Source: Macrostomum hystrix (lineage: Eukaryota; Animalia; Platyhelminthes). From it: 64,000 nt of DNA. The translations under genes were made by a program, and so were the position numbers. The notes under the pieces are model-generated. The model had not been told where the DNA came from and searched no databases. It saw only the letters and a list, made by a program, of their open reading frames with translations. Of the stretch, positions 56,600 through 64,000 are shown one piece after another. The DNA lies in assembly GCA_950097015.1 (NCBI GenBank), contig CATNEN010000001.1:14012001-14076000 (forward strand), in the 5' to 3' direction. Every line of letters starts with the position of its first letter. Within the stretch, counting starts at the first letter, position 1.

Positions 56600-57810
56600 G
56601 ACGTCTGAGTGCCTTGGGCCTGCAGCTCGGACTGCTGCCTGGGCTCTTGCCGTTGCTCTCTCGGGTACCCCTGAGCGTGGTGCTCATAACGCGGCTTGGG
56701 TGGCCTCGTCGGGCAATCACGCCTCAGGTGTCCGAACTTCCCGCAACCAAAGCATGCCCCTCTTGACAACGCCGGTCCTTCCTGCTGCACGGCTCCTTGT
56801 GGTCGGCTGAGCGCCTGGACCAGCATCTCCTACATCTTCTGCTGATGCTGCAGCTGCTGACCCTGGACCTCGACCATCTTGGTCATCAGCGATTCGAGTC
56901 CCTTCAGCGCAGCGGTAACACCTTGCGGTGGCGGCCGCGCATTCAGGTCCTCATCCTCGCCGTGCACCATCCGAGCCGGCCCATCCTTCGCCCTCTGGAC
57001 TGCCTCGTCGACCACCTCTAGGCGCTTTAACTCTCGCCTAGCTTCCAGGAGTGTTCTAGGGCGAGTCCGCAGCAGGTGCTTGCGGTTCTCAACCGAAGTC
57101 CGAACTCCCTTAATAAACTGGTCGACCAACTCATAGTCCAGGTCTCTCTGGCGAAGGTTGGTGTAGGCCTGCTCACCGAGTCCCTGCAACGCATCAGCAT
57201 AGTCATCAAGCGTTTCCGCTTTCTTCTGATAGCGATTGCGGAACTCGTCTCGGTACTCCTCAGGGCTACTCAGCTGCGCGAATCGCTCCACAATACGCTC
57301 CTTGAACTGGGCATACGTGAGCTCTTCAGGCAGCTTCATCCTGAGGACGGCATTCAGGCACTGTACATCGAGGTGGTCGAGTAGAAGGGCCTTGCGTGTC
57401 TCCGAACTGCGAATCGCAGCCCGGGCGCAATACGCTTCAAACGCGTCCACCCACAGATGCACGTCCTGACCCCGAGAAAACTTGGCAATCTTCGCCGTCC
57501 TACCTTGTTGCTGTTCCACCTGCTTCTCCATCAGGTTGAGCATCCAGTACACCAGGTCAGCCGTCGCCCTGTCGTCCAGCCTCGGTCGTCGTCGCCTTGC
57601 TGCCGCTGCCGCTCCTCGGTCGTTCTCGCCGCCGGACTGGTCGTCGTCGCCGAAGTCGCTCTCGCTGTCCTCGCCGTCGCCGACGCAGCCGTTTCCGCGG
57701 TCATACCGTCTTGACCGAGCTTCCTGCAGCGCACAGCCACCGCGAGACTCCTTGCTCCGGGCTACCTGCTGCCTCTCCTCCCTCTCAGAATCCAGCTCCT
57801 CTTGGGACAT
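56533..57810 (-). CDS. gag: Gag with CCHC zinc knuckle, interrupted by an in-frame TAG at 56830-56832
   Basis: ORFs 57810-56830 and 56826-56533 are in the same frame. Capsid-like Q..ETLDDYADAL..L...AY; knuckle CFGCGKFGHLRRDC. Confidence 0.9.
56552..56599 (-). promoter_or_regulatory. -1 ribosomal frameshift signal
   Basis: G GGA AAC in the Gag frame, 6 nt spacer, stem GCGAGGAGCAC/GTGCCCCTCGC, and a loop GGAC complementary to the downstream GTCC. Confidence 0.8.
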
Positions 57811-57855
57811 GGCGTTCGTTTCCGCAGTGAATGAGTAAAAGGCTAACTCGAATCA

Positions 57856-57871
57856 CACCGCTTTGCCACCA
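57856..57871 (-). promoter_or_regulatory. Primer binding site, tRNA-Leu-like
   Basis: TGGTGGCAAAGCGGTG 1 nt after the 5' LTR. The + strand TCGAATCACACCGCTTTGCCACCA resembles a tRNA-Leu 3' end with a 2 nt insertion. Confidence 0.7.
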
Positions 57872-57872
57872 A

Positions 57873-58541
57873 TGTTGTACCTGTGGTAGCGTGGCACACA
57901 CAATTGGCAAATGACCAAGACAGGACACTGGATTCAGAGAGGAGATTTTACCGGCCTCACACGCAGATGCTTCCTAGCAGAGGAACAATCCGGTAGTCAG
58001 GCTCCGAATCGCTAAGTTCTCTCGCAGCTAACTACTCTCACAGATCTTACTCTTGATCGGGCGGCACACTATGCTTCTAAATGCAGTGTGCGGCCTAGAC
58101 TAACAATAGCTTTGTAATAGGATCTTAGAGAGAATGCAAACACAGACGATAGAAAACTGTCAGACGATGCGAAAAGGTAAACGCAAAACGATGCAAAACG
58201 CATGAAGACTGGAGACAAGAAAGTGCCATCAATATAAAGAAATAGTGCTACCATGATAACAACACCATCTCAAGGATTCGTCGGACTGTGCTCTACTTAT
58301 AGTAGGAGCATTTGAGCGTTGTTCTGCCAGTCTTCTTCCGAACTTAAGCGATTGCACCATGGTGTGCAATGTGACTCAGTGCACAGACAGAGCTGGAAAG
58401 AGAGAGAGAGAGCGGAGGGTGTGGCGAGCGGAAGTGACAGTGCACGGGAAACACTAACTACCAACCCTAGCCCTCCCACAGACCTAGAACAGCCTGACTC
58501 ACAGATTGCCTGGAGGCTGCTCAGCAGTCTACAGCACATCA
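57873..58541 (-). repeat. 5' LTR (669 bp)
   Basis: TG..CA termini, adjacent to the PBS. Confidence 0.97.
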
Positions 58542-58821
58542 ATAGCAAGAAATATCTTTGTGTACTATACTCAACGTAAATAACTTAGCGCGTTTCTAAA
58601 GCATGCACGAAAATAATTGAAAGGAAGACGAATAAGTTTTATACGTCACAAACACTACAAAATTTTGTATGTATACATCAAGACCCATAAATACAATTTG
58701 GAGTATAAATTGTGCCACTCATGTCCCATTTTAGCTACTCACTAGCAAGTCGTTAGTAGCAGCATACTAATTATAGTTCCGAAAAATAAACGAAAGGTGG
58801 GACTTATGAGTGAGAGACAAT

Positions 58822-60801
58822 TTATAAATATTCATGTTCTGAGCTGCTGCTCGGAACTCGAGGGCGCTTTCGAGCCGCCGTAGCTCCAGATGCCGCAGCT
58901 CCGGCCTCCGCAGCTAAGGCCGCTGAAGCTCCGGCCTCCGCAGATCCGACCGCCGCACCTCCAGATGCCGCAGCTCCGGCCTCCGCAGCTAAGGCCGCTG
59001 AAGCTCCGGCCTCCGCAGATCCGACGGCCGCACCTCCAGATGCCGAATTTTTAGCCGCCGCCGCGTTGCGCTGCCCGGCACTGACTCGCCGCTCCTTTGC
59101 CGCCAGCCTCTCGGCTGCGTGTTTTAGGAGGTTTTTGATATCCTTCTCCACGTCGAACTCCGATGGTCGACTTTGCTGGTGGTAAAGCACGGCGACAGCG
59201 TCTGAAAAAGAGTGTTCAGAGTCTCAATGACGAAATGCTCATGACATGATTGCCTAATTTGCCCATAACAATTTCATGTTGCCTAAATATCAATGAATAT
59301 GATGAATATCTTACCTAAGAAAATACTGTTGAAATTGCAGAATCCCAGCTCGTTGTCCGACAACTCCACGCCTGTTTCGGCCTCGCGCAGTCTCGCCGAC
59401 ATCTGTCGTCCTGACCAATTGACAACGCACTGCATGTTGCTAGCAAGGCACTTGTTCAGCATGCGCTTGCATGTGTCGTGGACTGAGCTTCCCCGACAGC
59501 TACGGAGGCAGTCGGCCTGTTTGAGATTGATTTAGTGTATTGGTAGTATAATGTGTACAGTGGTCAAAATTTTTTTGAAAAAGCTTTACTTTTTAAATGT
59601 TGTGAATACTACTATTAGTAGTGTAGCTCTGAATAAAAAATAGTGTAAGACAAAAATAATACTCACCAAACGCTCTTGCTCCACGCGGGAATTCCGGAAA
59701 TTCACGTCGGCATCCCAACTCGAAATCGGAGAGAAATCCGGTTGCCCAGCGTTGTTAGACCGCTGACCAAGCTGCTGCACACCGAGCTGCCGCTGCTGCA
59801 TAAATTCAGTCAGTCTAGCCGAGATAGCATCAACTGACGAATTCATGTCTCTCCGGAGAGCTTCGACAGCGGCCTGTGTCTCATAGCATCTCCTAGCAGT
59901 CAGAGTCGCCAAATAGATGGCCGTCTGCAGGGATGCAGGGTCCAGGCCGCTTCTTCGCAGCCGGTTCTGCGTTCCGGCCATAGAGGAGCCCGGTTGGCCT
60001 AGGAAGCTGCCATTGTCTGTTGACAACGTTAAGTGAACGGACGGGTTGATATGTAAGTTTGTAACTAAGCAAGTCTATTTGCGAATAACCAATCAATAAG
60101 ATTGTGAATGGATCAGTGAGTCTCAATGATTCAATAGTGAGTCTACAAATTAGTGAATGCAGAAATATTTTTTTGAAACCTTACCATCAGCTACTTCCTG
60201 ATGGACCGAGCTGCTCAGCCTGCTCGGTGAACGCTGAATGTCTGATGCCGATGGCCCCGAGAATTTTGGCACAGTAGTGGCATTGTCATGAACTGTGAAT
60301 GGAAGCAGAGTGGTGGGGGGAATAAATTAGACTTTGAATCACTTTTTGTAAATACGCTAGTAATTGATTGAGAAAGTCTGTGAATGAATTGAACAGTGAG
60401 TCTGAGTGAATTGAACATTGAATTGTGAATAAATGCACCAGTGAGTCTGTGAATCAATAAATCAATGAGTTTTCGCGAATGGATCAATGAGTCTGCGAAT
60501 TTATATCAATCCGTGAGTTTTTGAATACGTGTTTGCATGGATGGATTGGATAAGTGAACCAATTTAGTCTATAGTCTAATAAACTCTTACCATCAACAAT
60601 CGGAGATTCCATGGCGCTGGTTGAATGCAGTTGGTTTTCCTGGTCCTCCATCAGTCTTTGAGGTGTGGATGGGATCAGTGTCGCGGTGCTGCTTAATCTC
60701 TGTAGCTGCGGTCGATCAGGCGGAGGAGCTGCTTTGGAGCCCACATTCCTCTGATTTATGGCCTCGGAAGCTTCCCTCTCGCTCTCCGAGGTAGTAATGT
60801 T
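58822..60801 (-). CDS. DUF4806/BEN-like domain protein, 3' exons (5' end unresolved)
   Basis: Exons 60801-60591, 60292-60185, 60016-59667, 59516-59315 and 59201-58822 with consistent phases. Coiled coil followed by GSSVHDTCKRMLNKCLASNMQCVVNWSG...IFLDAV...DVEKDIKNLLKHAAERL. Ala-rich 75 bp duplication and RKRPR near the C-terminus. Confidence 0.72.
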
Positions 60802-61211
60802 CTGTTTTAATTTTAGAAGTAAATGTGATGATAGGCAGTGTAATGACTTGTGTTAGAAGTCAAAAGGAACTCCAATTTCAAGTGTCTCGGCTCTCACTGG
60901 GAGCAGACAGAAAAGGAGGAACAGAAGAGTGTGTGGAGCTCAACCAGTCAGGCTCAACATTATATTTGAGGGCTCTGGGCCTATGACAAAGCAGGCTACA
61001 ACAAGCGCAGGGGAAGGCCAGTCTATGGCCGCGGGCTAGCCGGCCCCAGCTCATGCGTTTATTATGCGCCTAGCCAGGGTGCCCTCATGGTGAGGTGAGC
61101 TGGGCTAGCCGATCGCAGCTCATGGGCCCAGGGTGCGCTCCTGGTGTGGGCCTCGGATATGGGATAGGAAGGTGACGGGGGGGAAGGAGGAGGGGGAGAG
61201 GTTGCCCATGA

Positions 61212-61465
61212 GGGCGGATAGCTCAGTCAGTAAGGTGTCGGACTCTGGATCAGATGGTCCTGGGTTCGACTCCCGACCTAGTCTAGAACTATTCGTGCAG
61301 CCCTTGGCAAGCTGCTTTGCCCTGATGTGCACACAGTCTACTCAGCTGCAGATGAGTACCGACATTTCGTCGGGTAATAATAATTCCGGCTGGCGTGGAA
61401 TAAAGCAGTTCTGTGCGGCAATTCTGTGGGGTTCGGATGCTGCCGATATGTTTGGAAAAATAAAT
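61212..61465 (+). mobile_element. tRNA-derived SINE family C with CORE-like body
   Basis: TAGCTCAGTCAG (A box), GGTTCGACTCC (B box), then GCAGCCCTTGGCAAGCTGCTT..CAGCTGCAGATGAGTACC. Confidence 0.7.
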
Positions 61466-62747
61466 TCTTTAAGAGTTTTCTTAATTTAAGAGTTTTTCAA
61501 AACATATAGGCTATCCTACTGTATGTGATTCCTTTGGTGCTTCGAGTGTACTGTATAGTGCTGATATTTATGTAAATCAGCGTAAAACCGCTTTTTTTCT
61601 TACTCAGCCGGATTAAGAAATGAGTAGGCTTATATGATGTTCTTGTTGTTCTGCAAAACATATAATCATTAATTTAAATAAAAAATGAGTCGAACCAACG
61701 ACCCGCAGTTGTCAGGCTGACGTGCTACCAGTTTCACCACATGACATTGCCCATATACAACGAAGAATTACTATTTATTAGTAATTTGGCTTACTAATTA
61801 GTAATTTATTACTTTTTTGGCTGCAGGCTGCAGCTTGTGCTTACTTATTTTAAGCAATGGCCATCGTAGCGATCAAATTCGCAACGCAAGCAAATATATC
61901 GCGAGCTAGCGAATCGCTCCATTATCTAACGACGGGTCCAGCAGGTCCCCAAATTTTATCTGCAAAGCTTCAAAAACCAAAAGGGTGAACGTCAATATTA
62001 CAAATACTCAGCAAAAGTCAAAATTATTAGCACCCGTAACGAAAGTCATCGATTTATCGTTGCACCAAACATTCTACTTATTTTTGTCATTGCATGTAAT
62101 CCATAAAGTTTTAAATAAAGACCAGCAAGGCAAAAATCATTATTTTTAAAGCATAAAAGTAACTTAAAAGAAAGGATGAAGCGAAAATAGTTCGCTAGAA
62201 TATTTTTTTTAAACACATACTACATAAAAACGGCAAAACAGCGTTTAAATTTTGTAGGGTACGAAGTGCAATGCCTCACACCAGTATCTAAATGTTTTAC
62301 TTTGTTTAGAGTTACATAAAGTTTCCGGAACATTTAACTTTTTCGACAGAAATCAACATGATAAATAATCGACCAATTTATAAATCTAATTGATGCAAAG
62401 TCATTGCATTCTGTCGCAAAAGCAGTATAATCGCACGAGTTCAACCTACTGAAACATCGATTCAGTTAATTCATCTACAAATATTATATATTTTTAATAA
62501 AAGTGTCTGAGCTTTCGTGTTCTGCTACAAAGTAGGGAAACCGTAAGACTTTCTGGTATATTAGGTCTTAATTTAATAATTCTCGAAAAACCAAGGTATT
62601 CCAAATAATTAGCTACGAAACACATTATTTTCCTTTCTTGAAGATCGGCTCGATATTACCCGCAACTTACGTATGTAAACCGTAACGTACTCGTAGCGTT
62701 CAAGTTTAAAAAAACAAAATCGTAATAAAGGTATAGGCTACTTAATG

Positions 62748-63338
62748 AAAGTGAGGGCACAGAGAGAAAGTGAGGGCACAGAGAGGAGAGTGAGGGCACA
62801 GAGTGGAGAAAGTGTGGGCACAGAGAGGAGAGTGAGGGCACAGAGTGGAGAAAGTGAGGGCACAGAGGAGAAAGTGAGGGCACAGAGAGGAGAGTGAGGG
62901 CACAGAGAGGAGAGTGAGGGCACAGAGTGGAGAAAGTGAGGGCACAGAGGAGAAAGTGAGGGCACAGAGAGGAGAGTGAGGGCACAGAGTGGAGAAAGTG
63001 AGGGCACAGAGGAGAAAGTGAGGGCACAGAGTGGAGAAAGTGAGGGCACAGAGGAGAAAGTGAGGGCACAGAGAGGAGAGTGAGGGCACAGAGAGGAGAA
63101 AGTGAGGGCACAGAGAGGAGAAAGTGAGGGCACAGAGAGGAAAGTGAGGGCACAGAGAGGAGAAAGTGAGGGCACAGAGAGGAGAGAGTGAGGGCACAGA
63201 GAGGAGAGAGTGAGGGCACAGAGAGGAAAGTAAGGGCACAGAGAGGAGAGAGTGAGCCACAGAGAGGAGAAAGTGAGGGCACAGAGAGGAGAAAGTGAGG
63301 GCACAGAGAGGAGAGAGTGAGCCACAGAGAGGAGAAAG
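62748..63338. repeat. Minisatellite, 20-22 bp unit GTGAGGGCACAGAGAGGAGA(AA)
   Basis: Tandem array. Confidence 0.95.
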
Positions 63339-63706
63339 TATACTACTGACATAGTCAGAGTCGATAAAATTACTAAAAAGTAAGAAAATGGTCATAACTT
63401 TTTCTTCAAAAGATATTGAGCTCGGACCGCCTAGAATGAATTTCCCGTCCAAAAATAGTTTAGAAAACATAGTACCTAATAGTATGGAAGCAGTAGCTAG
63501 CAATCGGCTAGGTACTTGAAATGTTTTCGCATGTATTTCGTCAAATTTTCTAGGTGACTTTCCAGGTTAATAAGTTCAAGTAGAAATCATTTGAAATCAT
63601 GAAACCACAATCGTCAGATAGTACAATTATCGCTCTTAGTACAATACAACGGCAGCAAATCTATCGACGGAATTAACAACATCTGACGCTAAATCTACTG
63701 ACCTAC

Positions 63707-63882
63707 CAGACAACGTCAGTCTCATCTCTCAAGATGAAGCAGTTTTCAAATAGGGTCCACTCAAAGTCGATACCGTCCTGCCTGTCAAGGCTTGTCATTT
63801 TGACGGGGGTACCACTGACAAAAGTGATTTCGGGATGCCCCTTAACTTTGATGAATTTCGATGGGATTTGATTCCCCGTATT
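63707..63882 (-). CDS. Candidate upstream coding exon, possibly of the DUF4806-like gene
   Basis: CCCAG| NTGNQIPSKFIKVKGHPEITFVSGTPVKMTSLDRQDGIDFEWTLFENCFILRDETDVV |GTAGG is an open frame. It ends in phase 2, so an unidentified exon is needed to reach 60801. Confidence 0.4.
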
Positions 63883-64000
63883 CTGGGATAGACGTAGAAG
63901 CGATCCCTGTCGAAATCCGGGGTCAATAAGTAAGCCTGCGGCGTCGCATCACACAGACTATACTTAATTATTACTATTGTAGCCAGATTTATAAACTTGA

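Larger units (their letters stand above)
45274..58541 (-). mobile_element. Full-length Ty3/Gypsy LTR retrotransposon interrupted by a LINE
   Basis: TG..CA LTRs, 4 bp TSD ATAG (45270-45273, 58542-58545), PBS, PPT, and gag plus PR-RT-RH-IN domain order. Confidence 0.97.

Noticed and set aside
61212-61285. tRNA gene (CTG anticodon-like loop)
   Set aside because: Acceptor and D stems do not pair, and it continues into a CORE-like body, so it is a SINE head.
61687-61740. tRNA-like fragment on the - strand
   Set aside because: Only A/B-box-like remnants without an acceptor stem; too short to assign.

Overview
Eukaryotic (metazoan) genomic DNA with GT-AG introns. The density of purine/pyrimidine-skewed minisatellites suggests a free-living flatworm such as Macrostomum, but that is an impression only. 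1-27 kb: a two-exon + strand gene (2441-4391) encoding an acidic, disordered protein with seven W-R-R/K repeats (three fit the 1-8-14 calmodulin-binding pattern), an RNF217-like RING2 domain lacking the catalytic Cys, and a C-terminal hydrophobic anchor. It converges on a - strand four-EF-hand calmodulin-like gene whose introns hold about 15 different minisatellites and candidate alternative micro-exons. 29-39 kb: three secreted PAN/apple-domain genes (two PAN + F-type lectin paralogues flanking a PAN + ALK/LTK-type glycine-rich gene), interspersed with tRNA-derived SINEs. 41-59 kb: nested mobile elements. A head-to-tail non-autonomous Helitron dimer carries a hAT-like MITE in each unit. A full-length Ty3/Gypsy element (LTRs, TSD, PBS, PPT, -1 frameshift signal, Cys-repeat insert in Pol, extra ORF3) contains an intact RTE-like LINE with a 2A-like motif and four zinc fingers. 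58.8-64 kb: a spliced DUF4806/BEN-like gene, possibly part of a larger DNA transposon. Gene models and family assignments were read by eye, with family motifs recalled from memory. No searches were run.
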